Of a stretch of 64,000 nt of DNA, positions 36,313 through 46,352 are shown piece after piece. Under the pieces are notes generated by a model that made no database searches, was not told the DNA's origin, and was given only the letters and a program-made list of their open reading frames with translations. The stretch's first letter is position 1, and each line of letters starts with the position of its first letter. This DNA is from Calditrichia bacterium. GTDB lineage: Bacteria; Calditrichota; Calditrichia; RBG-13-44-9; J075. The stretch lies in the NCBI GenBank assembly GCA_050633245.1, contig JBOEGD010000030.1, positions 153,419 to 217,418 on the forward strand, written 5' to 3'. The translations under genes were made by a program, and so were the position numbers.

Positions 36313-38943
36313 ATGATAAACCCAAACCAGAGGACTTTCATGCGTTATTTATTGGCTGTTGTTATCAGTTTGTTACTGTTCTCCTGTTCAGCTACTGAAA
36401 AAGTTATGCAAAAGGTTGAGCCCGAGCTGAAGCTGCACGTGCCGTCTCCCGAATGGCAAGATCAGGTGATGTATTTTATTATGATCGACCGCTTTAATGA
36501 CGGAGATTCTTCGAATAACGATCAGGGGATGGGTGAATATGATCCCGCTGATGAGCGTAAGTTCAGTGGCGGAGATTTAAAAGGAATTACGCAGAAATTG
36601 GATTATATAAAAGAACTTGGTGCAACGTCTATTTGGATAACGCCGCCGGTTGCTAATCAGTGGTGGAATCCGGGTGTGCAGTTTGGCGGCTATCACGGCT
36701 ATTGGGCGCAGGATTTTAAGTCAATAGACAAGCATTTTGGTTCACTGGATGATTACAAACAGCTCTCTGATCAGATGCACAGGCGGAATATGTATCTCAT
36801 TCATGATATCGTCGTTAATCACACTGGAGATTATTTCTATTACAAAGGTGATTATAATCCTGATGAACCACAAAAAAACTATCATTTTAATAAAGGCGTT
36901 GTTCCAACAACAGCACCTACTCAGTTTCCGTTTTCGCTGAATAACGTGAATAACCCGGAACATCTGGTTGCAGATATTTATAACTGGACACCCAACATTC
37001 TTAATTATCAGGATAAAAATGAGCGCCTGTATTATCAATTAAGTGGACTGGATGATCTGAATACTGAAAACCCGGTGGTGCGTAACGCGCTAAAAGATTC
37101 TTACCGCTACTGGATAAAAGAAGTCGGTGTGGATGCCTATCGTATTGACACTATTATTTATGTGGAAACGGACTTTTGGAATGATTTTGTTCATGCTTCC
37201 GACGGAATGAATGTGGCTGCTTCTGAAACCGGCCGCGACGAATTTCTGATGTTCGGAGAAGCCTTCGTTGGATCGGAGCCTTATTCTGAAGAGGGCGATA
37301 AATTTGTGGCGTCTTATTTTGGTACTGCCGAGCAGCCCGGCGTGAACTCGATGCTAAACTTCCCCCTCCATTACACGCTGCGACGCGTTTTTGCTGAAGG
37401 TAATCCCACAGCATATTTAGGGTATCGCTTGAACCTGGCAGCCAATAGCGGTATTTACAAAAAACCACACACACTCACCAACTTTCTGGATAATCACGAC
37501 ACGCAGCGTTTTATGGAAACCGGAAGCCTTGAGGCGTTTAAGCAGGCCCTTACCTGTTTGCTAACGATTCCGGGCATTCCTATTATCTATCAAGGAACCG
37601 AACAGGCGTTTGATATTCAGCGAAAATCAATGTTTGCCGAAGGCTGGGCATCCGAAGGGAAAGACCATTTTGATACCGACTCTCAGATGTTTGTATTTCT
37701 GCAGGATTTGATTCAGTTGCGAAAGGATCATCTGATCCTTTCGCGTGGAGATCTTTCTGTTTTGCAGGAATCTAAAGTAGGCTCCGGTGTATTAGCTTAC
37801 AGGCGAACGTATAATGGCAAAAGCGCCATTGTTCTTTTCAACACCGCGGATGAACGTATTTTGTTGAGCAATTTGAAAACGGGCCTGGCAAAAAATACGG
37901 TATTGCAGAAAGCCTTCGGCAGGAACTTGCCTTCGCAGCTTATTTGTAAGAGAGATGGAACATTGAGTTACGAATTACCTGCTAGAAGTTATGGTGTCTA
38001 TTTCGTTGACGACGTGCAGCCCGGATTGCAGCAAACGTCTCAGAAATTGACAATCGAGGCGGCTCCAACTGATACTTTACGCAGCGATTTACAACTTCAG
38101 GGAAGCATCGATGGTGATATTGCTGATGTACGGATTGTAATAGATGGTAAGCTGGATCGCTCACTTGTTGCATCGGTGCAAGGCAATCACTGGACGGCGT
38201 CCCTGCCGATTTCCAGATTTCCCTTTGGCGACACGCGCCATACGCTAACGGCTTATTCTAAAGAAACCGGTGCTTCTTCCCGGACGATTGAAATAACGAC
38301 CAGCCTCAGAGTTCAGGGTAAGGTGTTAAAAGTTGATGACCCTAAGGGCGATGATCATGGTCCTAATGGCAACTACAAGATTCCAAGCGACGTGACCTTC
38401 GGTAAGCAAATGGATATTGAGCATGTTGAGCTACGTTCTTTTGGAGGAAATTTGATGGTGCAATTGCGGATGGGTGAAGTATCTACCTATTGGGCACCAC
38501 CTAATAAGTTTGATCACGTTGGCTTGCAGGTGTTTATCGACTTACCCAATAGCGAGGGTAAATCTGTACTGCCGCGGCTAAATGCTTCTGCACCGGAAGG
38601 CTTCCTTTGGGATTTTATGAGTTACAGCAGTGGCTGGGTAAATATCTTATTTTCAGCAAAAGAGGCAACCGGGCAAATCAATGGTACGCTGGTAACGCCT
38701 GCACCGGACGTTCAGGTTGATGAAGCAGAACGTACCATTACTTTACTGTATTCTCCTGATGCGCTGGGCAATCCCGAAACGCTAAGCGGTGGCAAGGTTT
38801 ATATTACTACCTGGGACGGTGCAGGATCGGAAGGATTTCACCGTGCATTAACGCCGGAGGGGGCAGCTTTCGAATTTGGTGGTGGGGATGGTCGTACCGA
38901 TCCACTGATATTAGATGACACGATGATACTGGAAATTCCATAG
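36313..38943 (+). CDS. GH13 alpha-amylase-family lipoprotein with C-terminal glucodextranase-like DOMON domain
   Basis: Lipobox LFS-C, DRFNDGD, YHGYW, DIVVNH, RIDT, GEAF, FLDNHD, DDPKGDDHGP. Confidence 0.9.
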   Translation: MINPNQRTFMRYLLAVVISLLLFSCSATEKVMQKVEPELKLHVPSPEWQDQVMYFIMIDRFNDGDSSNNDQGMGEYDPADERKFSGGDLKGITQKLDYIKELGATSIWITPPVANQWWNPGVQFGGYHGYWAQDFKSIDKHFGSLDDYKQLSDQMHRRNMYLIHDIVVNHTGDYFYYKGDYNPDEPQKNYHFNKGVVPTTAPTQFPFSLNNVNNPEHLVADIYNWTPNILNYQDKNERLYYQLSGLDDLNTENPVVRNALKDSYRYWIKEVGVDAYRIDTIIYVETDFWNDFVHASDGMNVAASETGRDEFLMFGEAFVGSEPYSEEGDKFVASYFGTAEQPGVNSMLNFPLHYTLRRVFAEGNPTAYLGYRLNLAANSGIYKKPHTLTNFLDNHDTQRFMETGSLEAFKQALTCLLTIPGIPIIYQGTEQAFDIQRKSMFAEGWASEGKDHFDTDSQMFVFLQDLIQLRKDHLILSRGDLSVLQESKVGSGVLAYRRTYNGKSAIVLFNTADERILLSNLKTGLAKNTVLQKAFGRNLPSQLICKRDGTLSYELPARSYGVYFVDDVQPGLQQTSQKLTIEAAPTDTLRSDLQLQGSIDGDIADVRIVIDGKLDRSLVASVQGNHWTASLPISRFPFGDTRHTLTAYSKETGASSRTIEITTSLRVQGKVLKVDDPKGDDHGPNGNYKIPSDVTFGKQMDIEHVELRSFGGNLMVQLRMGEVSTYWAPPNKFDHVGLQVFIDLPNSEGKSVLPRLNASAPEGFLWDFMSYSSGWVNILFSAKEATGQINGTLVTPAPDVQVDEAERTITLLYSPDALGNPETLSGGKVYITTWDGAGSEGFHRALTPEGAAFEFGGGDGRTDPLILDDTMILEIP

Positions 38944-39003
38944 GAATTGTGTGTAGGAATGGCAATACATTGCTTTTAAAACTATCCTATACGAAAGGGC
39001 AAA

Positions 39004-40083
39004 ATGCGAGTACATATTTACAGTATTCTAATCGCTCTAATTTATCTTGGCTGCTCACCGGTGCAGCATTTTGTGCCGATTAACCCACCGGGAAAAGGGC
39101 AGTATGAGATTCGCGTCGGCGTTGATTGGGCGCTTAATAAACTAATGCTGCCAAACCCAACCTTTGGCATGTACTATGGTCTCTCCGACCGAGATGCAAT
39201 AGGAGTTTCCGCAGCTGCACTTATCATACCCAATAATGTGTCCTATGTTCGCTATTGGGATGGGGAATCGGTTGCAGGTAATTTTCAACTACACTTAAAT
39301 AGTTTAATCGGCGGATCACTCGACCCCGTTGTAGATATTCGAGCAGCTCTAACTTCGCGCGATAGCAATACGTTGCACAGCCTCTCTGCAGGGCTCGCAT
39401 ATTATCAAACTCCATTTTTATGGCAAGCATTTGGTCGCTCAAGCGGGTTGAAAAAAACCTTGCCGGTAGTGGGCTATACGTTACAAAGTAATGACTTTCA
39501 AATGGACATTGATTTTATTCCTGGAACGAGCCGTTATTTGGTTGAGAAAACAAGCAGAGAAGCAGGGTTTCTAAACAGAGATGCCAGATTTCTTATTGCT
39601 GATTCAGGTAATTTTGCCGGGGAGTCTGAAAAAGTTAAAGACTTCGGAGTAGGGACCAGTCGAAAGATGATGCTGTTTTTCACCCATGATAAAGTAGTTA
39701 ACTATGATGTGAACCCTAACAGCGTATTTGGAACGCAGTACACGTTTTTTCTGCGAAATGGATTTAGGGTTGACCTTTTTAACAGGCCACCGTACCCGGA
39801 CTGTATCCCCTGTGGTTTGGAAATGCGTAAGGCCCGGGCTTTTATTGGCTCTCCCGAACATAAAGTCTACTGGGTTTCCGTGAGTGATAACTATGGAATG
39901 GGAGTGGCAACCTTTATACGTGAATTGAATATAGATAACATACTCAAAGGCTATAAAAACGGCGGCGCGCTTAACTTGGAAGAAGGAGAAGACCACCTAA
40001 AAAAGAAGCTGAAAAGGATCGACCCTTTCCCGCACGACTTTTTCTTTTCCGTTGCTTCAAGAGAAAGAAAGAGAAAGCTGTAA
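39004..40083 (+). CDS. Hypothetical lipoprotein
   Basis: Lipobox YLG-C; internal CIPC; no family recognised. Confidence 0.6.
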   Translation: MRVHIYSILIALIYLGCSPVQHFVPINPPGKGQYEIRVGVDWALNKLMLPNPTFGMYYGLSDRDAIGVSAAALIIPNNVSYVRYWDGESVAGNFQLHLNSLIGGSLDPVVDIRAALTSRDSNTLHSLSAGLAYYQTPFLWQAFGRSSGLKKTLPVVGYTLQSNDFQMDIDFIPGTSRYLVEKTSREAGFLNRDARFLIADSGNFAGESEKVKDFGVGTSRKMMLFFTHDKVVNYDVNPNSVFGTQYTFFLRNGFRVDLFNRPPYPDCIPCGLEMRKARAFIGSPEHKVYWVSVSDNYGMGVATFIRELNIDNILKGYKNGGALNLEEGEDHLKKKLKRIDPFPHDFFFSVASRERKRKL

Positions 40084-40114
40084 TGTTTTTGGGGTAATTC
40101 TATCGGGAGGAAAA

Positions 40115-41086
40115 ATGAGGCGAGATAAAAGAATACGAACCGGGCTGATTGTTCTTGCGGCAATTGGTCTTGTAGCAATAGCTTTGAACGTCCTGGCCTA
40201 TAAACATGCCCGTGCAATGTTGTACTTTTCAGAAAGTGGTACTCAAACAGTGAGCCCGGAGAGTATGTCTTTTCTCGATAAAGCGTCGACTCTTTTTACC
40301 GGAGTCGATGCTGCACGTCCCCTGTCATCTGCCAGTGATTCCGCACTATTGGGTTTCCAGCAATTTCTTATTTCGATAAACCCTGATTTATATCTTGGTG
40401 CGGCACTTTTTGCTCAACCGGATACCGCCGATCTGGTTCTACTTTTTCATGGTTATCGCGCCGATAAGTTTGCGCTGCTTCATGAAGCCAGGGCTTTTGC
40501 TGAACTTGGTTATTCAACCTTATTAATAGATTTTCGTGGCTCTGGCAGCTCCTCGGAAGCTTATACAAGCGTTGGATATGATGAAGCAGAGGACGTAGTA
40601 GCAGCCATTCAATATGCCAGAAAGAATATTCCGCATTCGCGCCTGTTCATTTTCGGGCAATCGATGGGGGCGGCAGCTGTTTTGCGTGCGGTAAAAGAGT
40701 TCCAAATTCAGCCGACTGCCCTAATATTAGAATCTGTTTTCGACCGAATGTTAAGCACTGTCGAAAATAGGTTCTCTATTATGAACGCTCCTTCTTTCCC
40801 ATCTGCTCAACTTTTGCTATTTTGGGGTGGCAGACAAATGAATTTTGACGGCTTTAGCCATAATCCGATAGACTATGCAGAGTTTGTGAAGTCTCCTGTT
40901 CTGTTTTTGCATGGTGAATTGGATCAACGAGCAAAGCTAAGTGAAGCACAGGCTGTTTTCCAAAATATTCCTGTTTCTATCCGGAAGAATTTTCACGTCT
41001 TTGATAATGCGAAGCATGTTTCATTTGTTAAGCAGTATCCTGAAGAGTGGAAAGATCAGATTAGGCGGTTTTTGAATACAACCTAA
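40115..41086 (+). CDS. Membrane-anchored alpha/beta hydrolase
   Basis: FHGY, DFRGSG, GQSMG, HGELD, KH. GGAGG RBS before ATG 40115. Confidence 0.88.
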   Translation: MRRDKRIRTGLIVLAAIGLVAIALNVLAYKHARAMLYFSESGTQTVSPESMSFLDKASTLFTGVDAARPLSSASDSALLGFQQFLISINPDLYLGAALFAQPDTADLVLLFHGYRADKFALLHEARAFAELGYSTLLIDFRGSGSSSEAYTSVGYDEAEDVVAAIQYARKNIPHSRLFIFGQSMGAAAVLRAVKEFQIQPTALILESVFDRMLSTVENRFSIMNAPSFPSAQLLLFWGGRQMNFDGFSHNPIDYAEFVKSPVLFLHGELDQRAKLSEAQAVFQNIPVSIRKNFHVFDNAKHVSFVKQYPEEWKDQIRRFLNTT

Positions 41087-41209
41087 ACCATCTTTCTTTT
41101 TTATTACAAGTTTATAAACTGCTGGCTTTCTTTCGTTTACATGGTTTATATTTAAACAACTACTAATTTTTAAGAAACTAGTAATAAACCTTTAGTTAGA
41201 AAATTCTCT

Positions 41210-42562
41210 ATGAGAATACCCTCTACCCCTCCTGATATAATCAAGATATTTAGTGATGCTTTGTCCAACAATAAACAGCTCTTATTAAAGCTTGTCACGG
41301 AAGTTGATTCGGTTGATGGAAAACAACGTTATTTGCATTGGGATGAACTCAAACACAGAACCCCTCCTGATGGTTTAACAAGTGAACAATGGTGGGCTGG
41401 TATGAAGCGTGCTCGAAAATCACTTTACCAGTATTTGCCGTTTACTGATACAAATAATAATCAATTCCATTTTAGTATTTTGAACAAAGTTTCTGCAGAC
41501 TTACACTGGTTAGATATGAATGCCGGCGGTGTAATAAAATCAGATGAGGGAATAATAAACCCTTATACAAAGGCGGTTTTTTTTAAACGCTCCTTGGAAG
41601 AAGAGGCAATCAACTCAAGCTTATTAGAAGGCGCTGTTACTACCCGACATGAAGCAAAAAAGATGATTCGGTCAAAAAGGGAGCCGCGTGATAAAAGTGA
41701 ACAAATGATTCTCAATAACTATCATGCTATGCAGTTTATTAATGAAAATAGGGATGAAAAATTAACCTCTTCCATGGTACTTGAATTACACAGAATAGTG
41801 ACCGAAAAAACGTTTGAGACCGAGTCAAAGTCTGGCGCTTTTCGTGCGGAAAAGGACATCGTTGAAGTAGTCGATAATAGCTCAGGTGAAGTATTACATA
41901 CTCCTCCAAACGCAAATGAGTTAAGTGACCGATTAGACAAACTCTGTATGTTTGCTAATCAAGAGGACGACTCTAAATTCATTCACCCTCTAATAAAAGG
42001 TATTATTTTGCACTATGTATTAGCCTACGATCACCCTTTTATAGATGGTAATGGTCGAACGGCACGTGCTCTTTTTTATTGGGCAGCAATAAGTAGCGGA
42101 TATTGGCAATTGGAGTTTGTTTCCATTTCAAAGGTTATTTATAGAGCACCTGCAAAGTATGGTCGTGCTTTTCTGTTTTCCGAGACAGATGATAACGATA
42201 TTACATACTTTTTACTTCATCAAGTTGATGTGCTTATGAAGGCCATTCATGAGCTTCAAGAATATCTAAGGCAAAAACTAGATGGGGTAAGGCAAGCTGA
42301 GAAGCTGCTCGAGCAAAATAGAAAGCTGAAAGGCAAACTAAATTTTCGCCAGCTTGCGCTTCTGCGACATGCATTAAAACATCCGAATTCGTTGTACCTG
42401 ATAAAAGAGCATCAGCTAAAACACGGTATTTCCTATGAGACAGCTCGGAAAGATTTGTTAATTATGTCTGATGGACTTGGCTTATTTAAAAAACTTTTGG
42501 ACGGCAAAGCTCTTGTCTTCAACGCGCCGGAAAATCTTGAAGAGCGTATCAAAGCCAGATAA
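41210..42562 (+). CDS. Fic family protein (class II, internal inhibitory helix) with probable C-terminal HTH
   Basis: HPFIDGNGRTAR; SSLLEG matches (S/T)xxxE(G/N). Confidence 0.92.
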   Translation: MRIPSTPPDIIKIFSDALSNNKQLLLKLVTEVDSVDGKQRYLHWDELKHRTPPDGLTSEQWWAGMKRARKSLYQYLPFTDTNNNQFHFSILNKVSADLHWLDMNAGGVIKSDEGIINPYTKAVFFKRSLEEEAINSSLLEGAVTTRHEAKKMIRSKREPRDKSEQMILNNYHAMQFINENRDEKLTSSMVLELHRIVTEKTFETESKSGAFRAEKDIVEVVDNSSGEVLHTPPNANELSDRLDKLCMFANQEDDSKFIHPLIKGIILHYVLAYDHPFIDGNGRTARALFYWAAISSGYWQLEFVSISKVIYRAPAKYGRAFLFSETDDNDITYFLLHQVDVLMKAIHELQEYLRQKLDGVRQAEKLLEQNRKLKGKLNFRQLALLRHALKHPNSLYLIKEHQLKHGISYETARKDLLIMSDGLGLFKKLLDGKALVFNAPENLEERIKAR

Positions 42563-42637
42563 CTTCTTGTTTATGCCGTAATAAAGCCTTCCTCTCCGAT
42601 TCTTTATTCTTTAAATCTTAAAATAGGAGAATTAACT

Positions 42638-43720
42638 TTGCTGTTAATAAACCGACTGAATATTAATGAAACCCGTTTTTCCGATCAGGCAATTGACCCT
42701 TCAGCAATTCCGGAAAATACAGTTTTGCTTTCCGTTGATCGCGTTTCCCTAACGGCGAATAATATAACCTATGCGGTGTTAGGTGAACGCATGAAATATT
42801 GGCACTTTTTTCCAACCGAAGATGGTTGGGGTAAGTTACCGGTTTGGGGCTTCGCCAACGTGATTGCTTCGACGGTTGAAGGAATAGATGTTGGTGAACG
42901 TTTTTATGGTTTTTATCCCCTTGCAAGACAGCTTTTGGTAGAGCCTGCTCGAATGAATCCCTTCGGATTCCGCGATGGGGCTTCGCACCGTGCAGAGCTG
43001 CCACCTATTTATAATCACTATGCACGCTGTAACGTAGATCCAATTTATAGCCGGGAAACCGAAAATTTACAGGCGTTGTTGCGGCCGCTGTTTACGACTT
43101 CTTTTTTATTAGATGACTTCATGGCAGAAAGCGATTTTCAGGGAGCATTTGCAGTTCTCATTTCCAGCGCTTCCAGCAAAACATCGCTAAGCCTGGCGTT
43201 TTTACTAAAGCAAAAGCGCAATGAGCGACGAGACTATAAAATTGTTGGATTAACATCACCGCGCAATATTGAATTTACTAATAACACCGGGCTGTATGAT
43301 CGTGTAGTTGAATACGATGCGGTAAAGTCTTTGGATAGTTCTCACAAAGTGGCTTTTGCCGATATGGCCGGAAATGCCGATTTAACCGAAACCCTTCATA
43401 CGCATTTTCGAGAAAATATGCTGCAAAGTTGTCAGATCGGGCTTGCCCACTGGCAAGACTTTGGCGTTCCCAGAGATTTGCCAGGTGCTGCACCTAAATG
43501 GTTTTTTGCTCCGGATCAGGCAGTAAAGCGCACCAAAGAATGGGGAGCCGAAGACTTCCAACAACGTCTTGCTAAATCGTGGCATGCCTTTATAAAAATT
43601 GCCGGGGATTGGCTGCAGGTTGAATATCATAGTGACAATGAATCGGTTCAAAACATCTACCTGCAGACGCTTGCGGGAAAAGCAAGTCCCACCAAAGGAC
43701 ATATTATTACCTTAAAATAG
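42638..43720 (+). CDS. DUF2855 family protein
   Basis: LTANNITYA, PVWGFA, RPLFTTSF, SSASSKT, FFAP. Confidence 0.85.
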   Translation: MLLINRLNINETRFSDQAIDPSAIPENTVLLSVDRVSLTANNITYAVLGERMKYWHFFPTEDGWGKLPVWGFANVIASTVEGIDVGERFYGFYPLARQLLVEPARMNPFGFRDGASHRAELPPIYNHYARCNVDPIYSRETENLQALLRPLFTTSFLLDDFMAESDFQGAFAVLISSASSKTSLSLAFLLKQKRNERRDYKIVGLTSPRNIEFTNNTGLYDRVVEYDAVKSLDSSHKVAFADMAGNADLTETLHTHFRENMLQSCQIGLAHWQDFGVPRDLPGAAPKWFFAPDQAVKRTKEWGAEDFQQRLAKSWHAFIKIAGDWLQVEYHSDNESVQNIYLQTLAGKASPTKGHIITLK

Positions 43721-43731
43721 ACTGGATTATT

Positions 43732-44466
43732 ATGAATCGTACAACACTCGCTGTTATAAATGCCGTTGTTTTCGCAATAACGATCGCTGTGAACTATTTA
43801 TCAAATGCTCTGCCAATTAATGGTTTGACTGCCGGGGATATCTCTGATAAATGGCTCGTGCTTTTTAAGCCGGCTGGCTACGTTTTTTCTATTTGGGGTA
43901 TCATCTATCTTGGTCTGTTGGCCTTTATAATCTACCAGTTTATTGCAGGTGACAGAGAAAACAACTTCATAAGCAAAATCGGCTCCTGGTTTATCGTAAA
44001 TGGTCTTGCAAACGCTGCCTGGTTAGTTGCCTGGCATTATGAGATTTATTGGCTGACGATTCTTATCATGTTGGTTATTCTGGTTTCACTAATCCAGATC
44101 TATACACGTCTTAATGATGCCTCCGAAATCTCTCCTGCTCAACGCTATGCTGTTTTGCTGCCCTTTAGTATCTATTTGGCCTGGATCTGTGTGGCTACAA
44201 TTGCTAATGGTACCATCTTACTTGAGTCGCTTGGTTGGGGTGGCTTCGGTCTTGCTGACTCTCTTTGGCTAATCGTTGTGTTGCTGGCAGGCCTTTATAT
44301 TGCCTGGCAGTTTGCAATGCGTGGAGACGTGGCATTTACTTTGGTTTTTGTTTGGGCATTTGCAGGCGTTGCCGTGCAGAATGGCTCTATGCCGGAAATT
44401 GCACCAATCTGTTGGGCGGCAACCGCTATTGCTGGTGGGCTTTCAGTATTGGCATTCACGAGGTAA
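43732..44466 (+). CDS. TspO-like tryptophan-rich membrane protein
   Basis: PAGYVFSIWGIIY, PFSIYLAWICVATIAN. Confidence 0.8.
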   Translation: MNRTTLAVINAVVFAITIAVNYLSNALPINGLTAGDISDKWLVLFKPAGYVFSIWGIIYLGLLAFIIYQFIAGDRENNFISKIGSWFIVNGLANAAWLVAWHYEIYWLTILIMLVILVSLIQIYTRLNDASEISPAQRYAVLLPFSIYLAWICVATIANGTILLESLGWGGFGLADSLWLIVVLLAGLYIAWQFAMRGDVAFTLVFVWAFAGVAVQNGSMPEIAPICWAATAIAGGLSVLAFTR

Positions 44467-44506
44467 TAACTGTAGGCGTCGTAACATATTTCGACGGCTA
44501 CAGTTA
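44467..44506. repeat. GTAG-type REP-like hairpin, possibly a terminator
   Basis: taactgtag-gcgtcg ... cgacgg-ctacagtta. Confidence 0.55.
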
Positions 44507-44631
44507 CAACGGCTGTTCTTTTTTCAATCTTCTTGCAGAAATTTTGTGCGCCATTCCCTTTGGGTTTAAATTCACCTTCCGTATACTCTGCCAATAGAAT
44601 TACTCACACGATTTAAATGAAGAGACCATAG

Positions 44632-45174
44632 ATGGCAACCGACAGTTTTTGGGGAAACATCTTCAAGTCAAATGAATCCGAAAAAGAGACCGTACGTGAG
44701 GTTTTAAAACGCGTGCCGATCTTCGATAGCCTCGATAAGAAAGAGCTAAAAGCAGTTGAACGAATTCTGCACAGGCGTGAATATCGTGCTGGCGAAGTGG
44801 TTTTTTACGAAGGTGACCCGGCGGCAGGAATGTATATCATTGAATCCGGTTGTGTAAAGGTTGTGTTTGAAGAAACCCAACAGGTGCTTGCTGAATTAAA
44901 TGACGGTGAATTCTTTGGTGAGCTGGCACTGTTGGACGATTCACCGCGATCCGCGACGCTAATTGCGCGCTCCGACTGCAAAATGCTTGGCTTTTTTCAA
45001 ATGGATTTGCTCGGTCTGGTTGAGCGTAGCCCGAAACTTGGCGTAAAAATTGTGCTTCGCTTGGCCAGTGTTGTTGGTGAGCGTCTTAAGGGCTCTAACC
45101 AGCAGGTGCAGGATCTTCGTATGGAGCTATTTGAAAAGCTCGAAGAAGATGGTGAAAAGGCAGGTAAAAAATAA
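44632..45174 (+). CDS. Stand-alone cyclic-nucleotide-binding domain protein
   Basis: FYEGD, FFGELALLDDSPRSAT; no HTH. Confidence 0.9.
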   Translation: MATDSFWGNIFKSNESEKETVREVLKRVPIFDSLDKKELKAVERILHRREYRAGEVVFYEGDPAAGMYIIESGCVKVVFEETQQVLAELNDGEFFGELALLDDSPRSATLIARSDCKMLGFFQMDLLGLVERSPKLGVKIVLRLASVVGERLKGSNQQVQDLRMELFEKLEEDGEKAGKK

Positions 45175-46214
45175 TGGGTTCATTTTTTACCCGTGGTCAA
45201 AAAATGATATTGGCCGGGATTGTCGGCGTTGGAGCTTTGGCATTCTTATTTGCCATTGGCGATTTGGTGCAAATAATAATTATTGCTGCACTGCTGGCCT
45301 ATATTCTGGACCCCTTGGTGAACATGATCGAGGCGCGTGGCATGAGTCGTACTCTGTCCGCCGTTATTCTATTTGGTATCATTTCAGGTATTGTCGGTAT
45401 TGGATTCCTGCTATTAGCACCGGTGTTTACCGTTGAAGTAAAGTCAATGCGCGGTGGCTTTGGACCTGAAAACGCGAAGCAGCTTATACTAACTCTTGAA
45501 GCTTATCTTAAATCCAACTTCAGCTTTTTAGGAATCGGCGATCTAAACCTGGTTGAAAATCTATCGCAGGTCGTAGTAGAGTTTGGCAACTTTTTATTTA
45601 CCAATGTTTCGAGCCTCGTTGGTATCCTGGCGAACCTGGTCATCCTTCCCTTTATTACCTTTTTTCTGCTTAAGGATGGGCGTGAGATAAAAAAAGGTCT
45701 CGTTGCTGCTATTCCAAATCGCTACTTCGAATTCTCACTTAACTTGCTTTATAAAATGGATAAGCAGCTTGGTAATTATCTACGTGGACAAATTCTGGAT
45801 GCGCTGGTTATCGGTATTCTCTCGATGACAGCAATGGCTCTGCTAGGTGTGAAGTATGCGATTATCATTGGTGGCTTCGCAGGTCTGTTTAACTTGATTC
45901 CTTATGTTGGTCCACTTGCTGGTGCTCTTCTCGCTATCAGCGTAACGCTGGTAGAGTCGGGCGATGCCAGTATGTTGCTGCCTATTGCCGGAGCTTTTGC
46001 GATTGTCCAGCTTATGGATAATGTGTTAGTCCAGCCCACCATTGTTGCAAAAAATGTAGATTTGCCTCCACTGGTCGTTTTACTCGTTGTTATTGTCGGT
46101 GGCAAGTTTTTTGGTATTTTAGGCATGATCTTATGTGTTCCGCTTACAGCAATTGTAAAGGTACTGTTTCAGGAAGCGCTGCCGATGTACCGCAAATACC
46201 GTTTTACGTCATAA
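45174..46214 (+). CDS. AI-2E family transporter (PerM-like)
   Basis: AYILDPLV, YLRGQ, IPYVG, VLVQP, GILGMILCVP. Confidence 0.92.
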   Translation: MGSFFTRGQKMILAGIVGVGALAFLFAIGDLVQIIIIAALLAYILDPLVNMIEARGMSRTLSAVILFGIISGIVGIGFLLLAPVFTVEVKSMRGGFGPENAKQLILTLEAYLKSNFSFLGIGDLNLVENLSQVVVEFGNFLFTNVSSLVGILANLVILPFITFFLLKDGREIKKGLVAAIPNRYFEFSLNLLYKMDKQLGNYLRGQILDALVIGILSMTAMALLGVKYAIIIGGFAGLFNLIPYVGPLAGALLAISVTLVESGDASMLLPIAGAFAIVQLMDNVLVQPTIVAKNVDLPPLVVLLVVIVGGKFFGILGMILCVPLTAIVKVLFQEALPMYRKYRFTS

Positions 46215-46352
46215 TCCCATCATTTTGTTTCTGCTAAACCCTCCTTCATCATCCGTCGATACTCCTGAAACACGTCCATAACAATTATGGATCGGTATTA
46301 ATATGGGAACAGGATGACCCAAATAAAAACATACTCAATCTGGAGGTTTACC

